Assembly: GCF_001194135.2 (NCBI RefSeq)
Contig: NC_068996.1
Coordinates: 22,589,969 to 22,653,628 of the forward strand
Reading direction: 5' to 3'
Length of the DNA: 63,660 nt
Origin: Octopus bimaculoides
Lineage: Eukaryota
The translations under genes were made by a program, and so were the position numbers. Shown here piece after piece: positions 26,950 through 40,066 of the stretch; position 1 is the first letter of the stretch, and every line of letters begins with the position of its first letter. The notes under the pieces are model-generated. The model saw nothing but the letters and a program-made list of their open reading frames with translations, searched no databases and was not told where the DNA came from.

Positions 26950-27353
26950 CAAATAGGATGATAATTTATTTTTGAATGCAGAGATGTCATTAGAACAGCA
27001 GAAACATTGGCTAAATTACCCTTACAAAGCCGGAAAATTTGTCAGTAGCCAGCTATGGGACTCAAACTCATATTTCTTGATATGACTCCGGCTGAGTCCT
27101 TTATCATTAAGCTAAACTGCTTTAGTTAGTTTGTTTATATTTATACACATGGTTGCATATATAGCTTTAGAAACAGATTGATATGTCAGCAAGCAGTTTA
27201 GCTTAATGGTAAAGCACTTAGCCAGAGTTGCATCAAAAGATACATGGCTGGTTGTTGACAAAATTTTCTGCTTTGTAAGGGTAATTTACCCAATGTTCTT
27301 ACTGTTTTAACAGCATCTGTGCATTCAAAAATAAATTATTATCTTATTTGTAT
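26947..27353. mobile_element. Older foldback/MITE (arms 26947-27122 and 27191-27353)
   Basis: Reverse-complement arms with scattered mismatches and indels, e.g. tacaaataggatgataatttatttttgaatgca vs tgcattcaaaaataaattattatcttatttgta. Confidence 0.7.
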
Positions 27354-27409
27354 TTTTATACACATTTCAGCACTTATATAAAAAAAACCCAGTTGTTAGT
27401 TTACATATA

Positions 27410-28581
27410 TATATAGGTATAAAAGTAGTTGATAGCTTCCATTACCTAGGTGACCAAGTCAGTAGCGGGGTGGGTGCGCTGAAAGTGTAGCTGCTAGAAT
27501 TAGAATAGCCTGAGCAAAGTTCAGAGAGCTCTTACCTCTGCTGATGACAGAGAAAAAGGCAGACTGTATGACACATGTGTACGAACAGCTGTGCTACATG
27601 GCAATGAAACATGGGCAGCGACACCTGAGGACATGTGTAAGCTCACAAGCAATGAAGCCAGTATGCTCCGCTGGATGTGTAATGTCAGTGTGCATACTTG
27701 ACAGAGTGTAAGTACCTTGAGAGAAAAGTTGGACCTAAGAAGTATCAGATGTGGTGTGCAAGAGAGATGACTGTGCTGGTATGGTCATGGGGCGAGAATG
27801 GATGAGGATAGCTGTGTGAAAAAGTGCCACACCTTAGCAGTTGAGGGTACCTGTGGAAGAGTCAGGCCCAGGAAGACCTGGTGGTGAAGCATGACCTTCG
27901 AACATTAGGCCTCACTGAGACAATGACTAGTGATTGAGACCTTTGGAAATATTCTTTGCTTGAGAAGACCCAGCAAGTCAAGTGAGACCATAACCCGTGG
28001 CCTATGCCAGGGGTCTAACCAGCCCACTTATGCGTACCTTTCCTTCATTGGACACTAAACTCTGCTTGTGAAGACCTGTTGAGGCAAGTGAAATCGAAAT
28101 CGAAATCAAATTCGACGACTGGCATACATGCATTAGTGGAGTGCTAAGAGCACCATCTGAGTGTGATCGTTGCCAGAGCAGCTGACTGGGTTCCATGCCG
28201 GTGCCACGTAAAAAGCACCATTCGAGCATGATTGTTACCAGCATCACCTTACTGGCATTTGTGCCGGTGGCACATGAAAAATATTCGAGCGAGGTCGTTG
28301 CCAGTGCCACTGGACTGGTTCCTGTGCAGGTGGCATGTAAAAAACACCATTTGAACGTGGCCATTGCCAGCACTGCCTGACTGGCCCTCGTGCCAGTGGC
28401 ACCTAAAAGCACCCACTACACTCTCAGAGTCGTTGGCGTTAGGAAGGGCATCCATCCGGCTGTAGAAACACTGCCAGACCAGATTGGAGCCTGGTGCAGC
28501 CATCTGGTTTGCCAGTCCTCAGTCAAATCGTCCAACCCATGCTAGCATGGAAAGTAGACATTAAACGATGATGATGATGAT
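27410..28581 (+). mobile_element. RTE-clade LINE 3' end (RT C-terminus plus 3' UTR)
   Basis: KVVDSFHYLGDQVSSG...LYDTCVRTAVLHGNETW; same 3' UTR and (GAT)n tail. Confidence 0.8.
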
Positions 28582-28596
28582 TATACATATATACAT

Positions 28597-29014
28597 ACTC
28601 TTTTACTTGTTTCAGTCATTTTGACTGTGGCCATGCTGGAGCACCGCCTTTAGTCGAGCAAATCGACCTCAGGACTTATTCTTTGTAAGCCTAGTACTTA
28701 TTCTATTGATCTCTTTTGCTGAACTGCTAAGCTACGGTGACATAAACACACCAGCATCGGTTGTCAAGTGATGTTGGTGGCGACAAACACAGACACATAA
28801 ACATATACACACACACACATACACACACTTATATATATATATACATATATATATGACGAGCTTCTTTCAGTTTCTGTCTACCAAATCCACTCACAAGGTT
28901 TTGGTTGGCCCAAGGCTATAGTAGAAGACACTTGCCCAAGGTGCCATGCAGTGGGACTGAACCCGGAACCATGTGGTTCGTAAGCAAGCTACTTACCACA
29001 CAGCCACTCCTATG

Positions 29015-29015
<1 letters not shown>
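28597..29015 (-). mobile_element. SINE family A, full length
   Basis: Reverse complement of 25051-25447. Confidence 0.85.
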
Positions 29016-29058
<43 letters not shown>

Positions 29059-29510
29059 GTATATATATATACACACACACATATATATAGGTATATATAT
29101 ATATATGTCATTATCATCATCATCATTTAAAATCCATTGTCCATGCTGGCATGGGTCAGATGGTTTTACCACGACTGATAAGCTGGGCGGTTGCATCATA
29201 CTCCAGTCTGATTTGAAAGCTTTCTACACCTGGATGCCCTTCCTAGCACCAACCACTCTGAGAGAGCAATGCATGCTTTTCCCTGCCACTGGCACGTAAG
29301 CCAGTTATGTGTCACCAGTATCTGCCACAACTATGATTTCACTTATCTTTATAGGTCTTCTTCTCAAGCACAGCATATTGTCAATGGTTTTGGTCATTTG
29401 TCATTACCTTCATGAGGCCCAACTCTCGCAAAGTGCATTTTACATGCCACCAACATGGGTGCTAGTTACACGACACTGGCATTGGCTATATTGCCTCCAT
29501 GAGGCAATAC

Positions 29511-29552
<42 letters not shown>

Positions 29553-29638
29553 GTCGCAACAAAAGAATGAGACTTCGATATTAGGTAAATAGAGGATATT
29601 TATATATGTATAGTTTAGGACAATCAGTAAATTGTCAT

Positions 29639-29734
29639 AATAATACTCAGAGTTTCTAATGCTATCAAAATGAGTTATATGAAAGCTAATGGGTCCAAAA
29701 TTCTGTATTTGCTTAATATTATCATCCAGTTATT
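29639..29734 (-). ncRNA. Decayed hammerhead-like motif of the same family, enlarged stem II
   Basis: AATAA-CTGGATGA-TAAT...ATTA-GAAAC-TCTGA-GTA-TTATT. The downstream tail (29551-29610, minus) matches the tail at 62441-62490. Confidence 0.5.
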
Positions 29735-29782
29735 GTTATCAAAATAAGCATCTATCTATCAATCATCTATTAAGCTAATTAT

Positions 29783-29820
<38 letters not shown>

Positions 29821-32800
29821 ATAGTTAGCTATATATATGGTTAGCTATATATATATAGTGTGTATGGAGCCTGGTGTTGCCATCCGGTTTCACCAGTCCT
29901 CAGTCAAATCGTCCAACCCATGCTAGCATGGAAAGCGGACATTAAACGATGATGATGATGATGATGATGATGTGTGTGTGACTGAGAGAGAAGTTTTCTC
30001 ACAGCATTTATCTACACTATTCTATTCACAAAGCATTGGTTGACTCAATGTAGTGGGTTCAAGCTCAGAAGCAGGTAATTAAGAAGCCAACTTTTTTAAC
30101 CACACACCAATGTCTGCACTTACTATGTCACTATTGTTATTTAGAAAGATACTCGTTCCTTTTCTCTCTCACAAATCTGAGCCAGGGTAGATAAATAAAC
30201 AGATATCTCTTAAATGTGAAATATAAACCTTTGAAATCATTTCAAGAAATCTCTTTAATTTTGGAATACATAATTTTTTTCAGGTAGTTATGAGTTGGTT
30301 ATTAGTAAAAGTTGACAGAAATCCTTAATGGCTATATATAGTATAACAACTGCTACAATGAATAGCAAGTGAAATATCTTGAAATTACCTCCCTTTTTCT
30401 CTGTGTTGGTAACAGCTGCTGCTAGGCTTTTGTTTTCTTCCTCCTACTAAAAGGCAACTTTCAGTTCATTTTAAAATGTTTGCATAATGGCATTCAGTAC
30501 AACAGGTCACTTGTGACTGCTTCTGGTAACATGTACCCCAGTATAATGTGTTGATTTGTTAGATCACCAGAGACTAAACAGACAGTCCTACAAATCTTGG
30601 AGTGTGAGGCAAGATTTTCACACACCTTGTTGGAGGATGGAAAGTCTGGTCCATCCAATATTGTCAGTATAAATACATGTTAAACACACATAAAAATTGA
30701 ATTTACACTGGATTGCATAGAGGAAACCCAATCATCAATGGTCAAGTTATAGGGGCAGAAAAGCCCTCTCCAGTAATGTCTGTTAACCAGTGGGCAATAA
30801 AATAGCTAGATGAAGATGAAGTTTTATTGAGAGCTTGCCATTTACACGTAGGATTGGCATCAGAATGTGTTTATGTACATGCATTTTCTATCACCTGTAT
30901 GATGTTTTATTCATGCTATTACTGAAAAACTGTTTCTTGTTGTAAAATCTCTGAAAATTAACTTTAGCTTTAATCATGGATTTAGAGGTGAATAGATTCA
31001 ATTTATTTCAGCTACCCTCATTTATCACTTATCTGGGATAACATAGCCTGCTAATTGGAAATCATGTTATAGTTATCATGAATTGATCTGTGATGACACA
31101 AATTAGTGACCAGTTAAAGATTCTGCTTGGCACACAAAAGCACATCCCAGTGACCATCCACAATGCTTAGGACAACTTGGGGGTCTCAGAAGAAAATGTA
31201 TTTTTCTCCATATGTTCTCATTATTCATCTATCCGCAATTCATTTAAGAGTGTTTTTTTTTAACCAAACACCAATAATAAATGTAGATGTTCTTGCTATT
31301 TCTAGGTACCATAAATGTTTTGAAGTGACATTAATTAGTATATCACAATTTCTCTCCATAAGATTTCATCTCCTCTGTGAGGCCCAGCATTCCAACATCT
31401 GACTCCGCTACATCTTTTCGCATCTTATTCTACTACAAGTAGAATACTACATTTCTTCATTCAGTATTTATCATCTATTCACACCACATGTCAAATCTGG
31501 TATCTTTAATCTGCTACTCTTTTAACTTTTGCTTCATCATCATCATCATCACCATCACCACCACCATCATCATCATCATCGTCGTTTAACGTCCGCTTTC
31601 CATGCTAGCATGGGTTGGACAATTTGACTGAGGACTGGTGAAACCCAATGACTACACACGGCTCCAATCATTTATATTAATATATTTCCAGCAGTTTATA
31701 TTCTTCTCATTTTCCTTTAGCATCCATAAATCTTCCATGTTACTGTTGTTTAGCCATAGGTCAACTCTGATTCAAGATAAAAAGTGATCCCAAGTCATTT
31801 TTTTCCCCCATATATTTTGGCTATATTAACCAATATGTCCTTTCTTTTTCTTTAAAACAGTATCATGGTAATTAAAAGAAATTTAGCTGAAGTATCTAAT
31901 AGGTATAGAGTTACAATTTTTGTTGCTACAGTTGTGAAGAAGCAATAAATTGTGACACATATCAGCCAGCAGCTACCTTAATTGCCACAGGGATTTTTTC
32001 TTATAATTTCATTTCATGTTTTAAAACTGCCATTGGCTCATCAATATTGATATCTAAATCTAATTACTATGTAGTATTGTAGTCTTTATTTCATATATCA
32101 CCATTTTCACTTAGAGACAAACATATTGTCACAGATGTTATTGAACTTCCTTTCTTTCTTACCCTAGCTACTAAATAGACCCCTAGACAACAAAAATTAT
32201 CAACTACTTCTAGTGAGACATCTGTGCAGTATACAGGCATTTTCACTGCTAACTACACCTGTACATCTGGAGTCAATGTTCTCAGTCTACCAGAATTCCC
32301 ATCACACTATCTATGTACTCATTATTTATATCCAGTGCACTGTTTGAGTTCCTACTTGTTCCCTTTCCACATATCAATCAAGACCACTTTTCAAATGACT
32401 CTGGGATTTCATGCACTTAGTCTTTAGACTGGTGCTGGAAAACCCTTTCACCATGGGTAAAATTTCACACATATTCAAATTTGAAATTAAATTGTCTTCT
32501 ACCAAAGTCTCTAAAAACCCATAGGAAAAGAAGGCCTAAATCCCAAACAGTAATTTACTATAAGTTGAAAACTTATGAACTTTTATAAATAAAGATTCTT
32601 TATTTTTCTCTCACAGTTGCACTCCTAAAGGATCTTATCTTCTTTAATTGACCCTTTATATTAAAAAATATTTTCCACTCTAACTCCGTACAGTGCTTTT
32701 AGGTCTCAAATATTTTATGTAGGACATTGACAGATTCTGAAATAAAATCTAGGCACATATCCATGCTCTCTCTTTCATACATAAGCACATAGATTAACAC

Positions 32801-32956
32801 ACTAGTGAACACTTAGCTGTAACCTAAATCAATCAATTCTAGCTTCATCTTCCATAGGGAACTTGAACAGCAGTCTTAAGCCTTTCAGTCACACATAGCC
32901 TTTTCAGTATTCACTAAGCAACACTCTCAACATAAATACATACAGGCATACACATT

Positions 32957-32996
<40 letters not shown>

Positions 32997-33504
32997 TAAA
33001 TGCATACACACATGTATTCACAAATACTTTCATTCACACATATGCACATACATGCACGCACACACACAACTCACTCACTCACACATGCACAATGTCCATA
33101 TGAAACTGATTTGAATTTCTTGTTTAAAATGTTTAATGTTTTAGTAAACACCTGGAATATTTTCTTGGTACAGGTCTTGCAAGAAGTCCCTCCATGAATG
33201 GTGTTTGTTGTTGGATAAAATAGCCCATGAGATTTTAAATGATTATGTTTCTTCTTCAGTCACTACACATAGCTTGGCAAACATTCAAATCAGGAATTGT
33301 TATCTAAATGTCATCATGAAAATACATTTCACCTTTGTAATCATAACAGAAACACTTGAATTGAATTAATCATCGGATTGCACAGATTGTCACTTTACGT
33401 AAAGTTTACCAAATCATAAACTGAATGAAATTAACAAGAAGACTGTAACAAGTCATCATGTTCCTTCTGTATCATCCACATATAGTAGAGTATATCCACT
33501 AATA

Positions 33505-33549
33505 TTCATGCCTGAGGATTGCTTCTGAGCATGAAACTCTGAGTAATGA
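33505..33549 (+). ncRNA. Decayed hammerhead-like motif
   Basis: CTGAGGA-TTGCT-tctg-AGCAT-GAAAC-TCTGA-GTA; stem I is out of register by 2 nt. Confidence 0.4.
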
Positions 33550-34699
33550 GATGTAAAATGGCCTGAGCCATAAATCAATATGAAATAAATTTACTCTACA
33601 TCAGGTACTGATTTCTCTCATTTAAAAAAAAAAATTTGTCTGTAAATTTATTTTGTGAATAGAAATACTTGTAAACACAATTCCATGATTGAGTTTGTTG
33701 ATCTGGCAATGGTTTTTAACAGAATACTACATTCTGTAGTGGTGAGTGGCTAAAAACTGTATAAATGAATTGCTTTTTAGAACAGTGCAAATCATGTATA
33801 GAAACGCTATCAGTAAGGTGAAAATTAGCAGCAAGCTAAGCAAGGAATTTAGCATATGGATGAGTGTCCATCATCGCCCAATTTCACAGAATGAAAAATG
33901 GTAAAAAGGTCTCCTGCCTTGAGTTGGCAACCAACTCCTAAAAGAAACAGCTCAAACTCTACTGGAACTTGTGCAACCCCAAGACACTTTCTATACCCTG
34001 CCTGGTGGCCAGAATCTAGTATATACCAGGACTCTGTCTATGTATCTGTTCTCAACAGCTGCCTATCCCCCAAAAAAAGGTAGATTGCATGACATTTGTG
34101 TATAAAGTGTTATGTTGCATAGTAAAGAAACATGGTCACTGGATGTAGATGATACGCAAAAGCTGGAAAGAAATGAGGTGAGTAAGTTCTGTTGGATGTG
34201 TAATGTTTGTGTGTATGAACAACAGAACACAAATGAATTGAGAGGAAAACTGGTTATAAAAGGAATCAGATGTAGAGTGCAAGTGGAAAGAAAACTGGTT
34301 GCACAACAAAATATGGTGTCCTTACAAGTAATTAATAAGTACGCATCAGCTGCCATAAATATGCAAAACAGGTATATCCAATAATGTTACACTGCTATAT
34401 TTAGTGGCTATTTAAGCAATGAGTTCATGGATGGTTAATGGGTTGGATGTGGTGCAAAAGAAGGAGTAAGAACTCCTAAATCATATGCATATTGGATGGA
34501 CCCAAGGGGTAGGGGACTGAGGTGTATGTGCCCCACTCAAAAAAAGAAGTGCACCCTTCTAAATAATGTTATAATGCCCTTTTCTCCTGGAATTGTATTC
34601 CCTTCTGGCCTTGTGCCCTCCCTTCAAAAAATTCCTGGGATCGTGCCTGCATATTACATCCATTATTTATTTTTCTATCTTTGATTGCATCGTTTATGT

Positions 34700-35108
34700 T
34701 ACTCTTTTACTTCTTTCAGTCATTTGACTGTGGCCATGCTGGAGCACTGCCTTTAGTCGAGCAAATCGACCCCAGGACTTATTCTTTGGAAGCCTAGTAC
34801 TTATTCTATTGGTCTCTTTTGCCGAACCGCTAAGTTACGGAGATGTAAATACACCATCATCGGTTGTCAAGCGATGGTGGGGGGACAAACACAGACTCAC
34901 AAACATATACACACACACTCACATATATATATACATATACATATATACGACGGGCTTCTTTCAGTTTCCGTCTACCAAATCCACTCACAAGGCTTTGGTC
35001 GGCCCAAGGCTATAGTAGAAGACACTTGCCCAAGGTGCCACGCAGTGGAACTGAACCCAGAACCATGTAGTTGGTAAGCAAGCTACTTACCACACAGCCA
35101 CTCCTGCG
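34700..35108 (-). mobile_element. SINE family A, full length (further copies at ~1140-2043 -, 7821-7947 +, 11230-11345 -, 14150-14300 -, 35817-36178 -, 37075-37790 +, 61560-61860 +)
   Basis: Reverse complement of 25051-25447. Confidence 0.85.
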
Positions 35109-35560
35109 CCTATGTATACATATTTGTATATGAAACATTTTAATAAATCAGTGCTGGCTATAATTTCTATAGAAAATCTGTAGAGATAACCTACATATGA
35201 TATATATATATATATATAGGGAGACAGAGAGAGGGGGGGGGGGAAGCAGAAGAGAGAGATCATCCTCATCACTATCATCATTTAACATCCATGTTACATG
35301 CACGCATGGGATGGACTGAACTCCATTGTCAGTTTTGGCATATTTTCTATGGTTGAATGCCCTTCTTAACATCAAACACCTTACAGTGTGTAGTGGGTAC
35401 TTATTTATTTATTCATTTATTTTTTTTTTGCACCACTAACACTAGTGAGATCACCAAGTAAGTTGCAAGATGGAAGAATGAAGAAGCCCTTCATTTAATG
35501 GGAGTGGAAAGCAATATCTTAAACTCTATATACACCAGTTTGAGGAAAAAAGGGAAAATA

Positions 35561-35783
35561 TAAGGGGGTGGGGGCTGAAAGATTCCTGGCTTTAAGGGTA
35601 TCATGAAAGGCATAGTCGGAGGTCCAACCTTCCGAGTTCTTTAACAGGGCCTAGATTCACACACATATTGCAGCAGTCCTTCAGTTTTTCTAAGAGAGGA
35701 ATATGCAGAATAAAATCATAATTAACTGATCCTCGTGTACTCTCTTTGACCCAAAGCCAGGAACTTTTCAGTAACCCCTCATA
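35561..35783. mobile_element. Mariner-derived MITE (~220 bp), copy 1
   Basis: TIRs GGGGCTGAAAGATTCCTGGCTT / AAGCCAGGAACTTTTCAG; internal sequence is inverted relative to the copy at 55.3-55.5 kb. Confidence 0.7.
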
Positions 35784-38658
35784 TATCTAGCTATGTATAT
35801 ATTCTTTTAAGTATATACTCTTTTATTCTTTACAGTCATTTGACTGTGGCCATGCTGGAGCACCACTTTTAAGTGAAGCAAATCAATCCCAGAACTTATT
35901 CTGTGTTAGCCTAGTACTTATTCTATCAGTCTATTTTGCCGAACTGCCAGGTTACAGGGACGTAAACACATCAGCATCGGTTGTTAAGTGATGTTGGGGG
36001 GACAAACACAGACACATACATATACAAACATACATATATATATTTCAGATATTTCAGTTTCCATCTACCAAATCCACTCACAAGGCTTTGGTCGGCCTGA
36101 GGCTATAGTAGAAGACATTTGCCCCTGGAGCCATGTGATTGGGAAGCAAACTTCTTACCACACACCCACTCCTGCACCTATATATATATATATGAAGTTT
36201 AATCTACTGTGCTGTTGCACTAATCAACAAATGAACTTATAGAAATAAAAAAAATTAATAAAGAAATAAATTCAAATACTTTGTTTTATAGAGAAGCTCT
36301 GACAGTCACCCTGCACTTTAGTTGATAATGAAGTAATCCAGCAAGCAATAGTTATATGGCTCTGTTAGCAAACCTGTTGTTAATTCTAATCCTAAAGTGT
36401 TGTATATAATGTCTCAATAACATTTTACATTGAAAATGTTAGCAGTTAACAATAACGTACCTATTCATTCTTAATACATTGATAAATTTGAAGGTGAATA
36501 TCAGATCACTGTTGTATTTTGTCATTGGAGAACCTCTAAAAGATGATGTGTGATTCATTGATGTAAGAGAACTTTGAGATGGTGTTTCAATCCCGTTCTA
36601 TGTTTCCTCAGTCAAAGCCACCCTGGTTCAATGAATTTAACAAGAGAGTACAAGCCCTTGTTTACAGAAATCAACACAGGCTCTTGTTTATAATACACAG
36701 CACTATAAACAAGAGACTCTAGCTTACAGAAAATTGCTGAGGCATGCTGATGTTTGCCAAACAGCTAATAATATATGAAGAGTATGCAAAGCAGTAACAA
36801 TCCAAACAATAACATATCTATTTATTCTCAAAAAACGTTCTGGCAAATTTGAATGTGAATATGATTACTGTTGTTTCTCATCAGCAGAGAACATCTCCAT
36901 TTAGGCAATGAGTGTTCTTTAATTCTTTTTTTTTTTTTTTTTTTTTTTTTTTTGGTTGATTTCTATAAATAAGATACTGTACTCTTGCTAGATTCATCAG
37001 GCCAGGGTAGCTTTGAGTGAGAAGATACTCAATAAGGTTGAAATATTGTGTTATCTCAAAGACTCCTTACATTGGCGCAGGAGTGGCTGTGTGGTAAGTA
37101 GCTTGCTTACCAACCACATGGTTCCGGGTTCAGTCCCACTGCATGGCACCTTGGGCAAGTGTCTTCTACTAGAGCCTCGGGCCGACCAAAGCCTTGTGCG
37201 TGGATTTGGTAGACGGAAACTGAAAGAAGCCCGTCCTCGCGCATGCACAGATATTCATCTCCCTTTTTCACTCTCCTGTCTTAGAAAGAACTTTTCCCCC
37301 ACCACCTCCTCTTCCGGTCTTTTCACAATGTAACCTCGTGGGCATCGGTACCATTTTCCTCTTTCTCCGTTTTTCCATTCTCCGAACTTTCCATCTTTCC
37401 GACGAAGGGNNNNNNNNNNNNNNNNNNNNNNNNNNNNNNNNNNNNNNNNNNNNNNNNNNNNNNNNNNNNNNNNNNNNNNNNNNNNNNNNNNNNNNNNNNN
37501 NNNNNNNNNNNNNNNNNNNNNNNNNNNNNNNNNNNNNNNNNNNNNNNNNTATATATATGTATGTGATGTGTGTGTGTATGTTTGTGTTTGTCTCCCTAGC
37601 ATTGCTTGACAACCGATGCTGGCGTGTTTATGTCCCCGTCACTTAGCGATTCGGCAAAAGAGACCAATAGAATAAGTACTAGGCTTAGAAAGAATAAGTC
37701 CTGGGGTTGATTTGCTCGACTAAAGGCAGTGTTACAGCATGGCCGCAGTCAAATGACTGAAACAAGTAAAAGAGTAAAAAAAAAAAAGAGTATTGGTGTT
37801 ATGAGCACTGGAGACACAAAACCAAGTGATCAGATATTCATAGCTGAATCTGCCAGAACATACTAAGAATAGATACATTAGTGTTAACTGTTAATATTTT
37901 CAATGTAAAATAGTGGTAATGATGATGATGATTGTTTATTTGTTGTTAGGACTCTGGCTGTTAATTTGAGTTCTGGCTGAGTATTTCTACCAAGATATGT
38001 GATAAAAAAAAAAAAAGTCAGTAAGAGCATACAGCACGAGGATCAAATATAGCTCTAGAAAGTTTCCAGTATTGAATTCAAAGCACAGGTTTATTATTTA
38101 AAGAGTAAACAATGTATGTGTGTGTGCACATGCGGGGATGAAAGTAAATCAGAACAATCAGGCTTGATGTGAAATGGCTATCTGGTAAGCTGAAACAATC
38201 ATCATTCTCTACATTTTTTAAACCAAAATATTAGTGGTGGGGATGGGAATGACAGAGACATTATGCATGAAAGTCGAGTTTTGCCCATTTTTTAATCTCT
38301 GCCGAGTGTTTCACAATATTTAGGAAGGCATAACCAGAACTAAGTTAAATGATGTGTAATGAAGAATTAAAATCACTATAATGTTGTTATATTTTTCTGT
38401 ACTAGTGGCAATATGTTCAATACAATTAGCAGAAAGATAAATAATGTAGAATTAATGCTGTCAGCCTTAAGTATGGAAGGCCAGAATGTAACACTTTGTA
38501 TCAACAATATTATTTTAGGTATTTAATGAGAAGTTTAAATTGAAAAAAAATCAAAACATAATACTTAGATATTGTCATTATTAAAAAATGTATGCATAAA
38601 TTGAAATAAATAAATGCTTCTGTTCATGAAATGCTATGATTGTTATAATAATCCATCA

Positions 38659-38662
<4 letters not shown>

Positions 38663-38691
<29 letters not shown>

Positions 38692-39010
38692 GTTTAACGT
38701 CCGCTTTCCATGCTAGCATGGGTTGGACGATTTGACTGAGGACTGGTGAAACCGGATGGCAACACCAGGCTCCAATCTAATTTGGCAGAGTTTCTACAGC
38801 TGGATGCCCTTCCTAACGCCAACCACTCAGAGAGTGTAGTGGGTGCTTTTACGTGTCACCCGCATGAAGGCCAGTCAGGCGGTACTGGCAACGGCTATGC
38901 TCAAAATGGTGTCTTTTATGTGCCACCCGCACAAGAGCCAGTCCAGGGGCACTGGCAACGATCTCGCTCGAAAATCCTACGAAGGCCAGTCAGGCGGTAC
39001 TGGCAACGGT
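38663..39010 (-). mobile_element. 5'-truncated RTE-type 3' tail copy (similar short copies at ~2292-2504 +, 5060-5310 +, 29866-29971 +, 31544-31668 -, 43400-43720 +)
   Basis: (CAT)n followed by cgtttaacgtccgctttccatgctagcatgggttggacg, the reverse complement of the RTE tail. Confidence 0.75.
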
Positions 39011-39855
39011 CACTTTATCTTGGAAAAAAAAACAACAAAAGAATTAAATAATGAAAGCATTTAAACAAAAGTATAATAGTGTTTAAATTCTGCCTTACAT
39101 CTTTTTACATCCCTCCTTATTCAAGGCTGACAGCAGTAATTCCATATGTTTGCCAGTAAAGATAAAATATTTAACTTTTAACTGGTATCAAGTTCAAAGG
39201 TCACTTGTAAGTTGGCTTTTTGTTTGGTTCGGGATGTGTGAATTTCTTCAAGGTATTTTAAACAGCATTTACAATAAATCTGACTAAATACTTCTTTCCT
39301 TTTTGTCTATGTATTGTAATACTAAATAAAAGTTTCAGAATATTGTGGCTCATACTTTGGATTTTTCCATGAACTTCAACAGCCATAATCAAAAAATGTG
39401 AATCATATATCAGTGCATAGATTACACAAGGATAAATGTAGTAATCATGAATATATATACACACACACATACACACATAAATGCACACACACACATACAC
39501 ATAAATGCACACACACACACACAAGATAAATATCAAAATATTTCAATAACTTCATCTGAGGATATGGTTTGATTTGTTAGGACCATTTAAACAACTGTAA
39601 TGACAAACTTAAAATACCAATCATTATTTTTCTGTTATTATTTCCACCATATGTGGCTTCTTTTTCTACATTATAACCTGAATCCAGATTCATGCCACTT
39701 GATTCATGCCAGAATGCATTTTAGGAATATGGGAGTATAATGTGAATCAAATATTAAGCCCCAAATTGTTTGGTAACTTATCATGCATTTTAGCAGATCA
39801 CTAAACATGTTTTATATATAAAGATATATATATATACTCATTTGTATTGAGTACT

Positions 39856-39861
39856 TTTATT
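39856..39861 (-). terminator. Candidate polyadenylation signal AATAAA of MORN3
   Basis: AATAAA on the minus strand ~136 nt after the stop codon. The motif is common in AT-rich DNA. Confidence 0.3.
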
Positions 39862-39997
39862 TCTTATTTGTATATTCAGATGTGTGAGTGTGTATGTATG
39901 TGTGTACGTGCACATGTGCACGCACGTGTGTGTGTGTGTACATGCAGTTTTAATGTGATGTTTAAATTACAGTATAAATAAGAAAATGTCCTCAGTG

Positions 39998-40066
39998 TTA
40001 TTCATATTCGGGTAGAAAGCTTTTTTCAGAAGCAATAAGAATGGAATCGGAATTTTTCACTTCAAC
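39998..40066 (-). CDS. MORN3: MORN3 terminal coding exon 5
   Basis: Acceptor ttatacttttgcAG|GTT, phase 0; VEVKNSDSILIASEKSFLPEYE-TAA. Length fits a ~240-aa MORN3; the sequence is less conserved than the other exons. Confidence 0.8.
   Translation of the reverse strand, partial: VEVKNSDSILIASEKSFLPEYE

Noticed and set aside
30380-30830. Possible minus-strand exon (30389-30446) and Tc1-like remnant
   Set aside because: The exon cannot be linked in phase to anything, and the transposase similarity is too weak to support a call.
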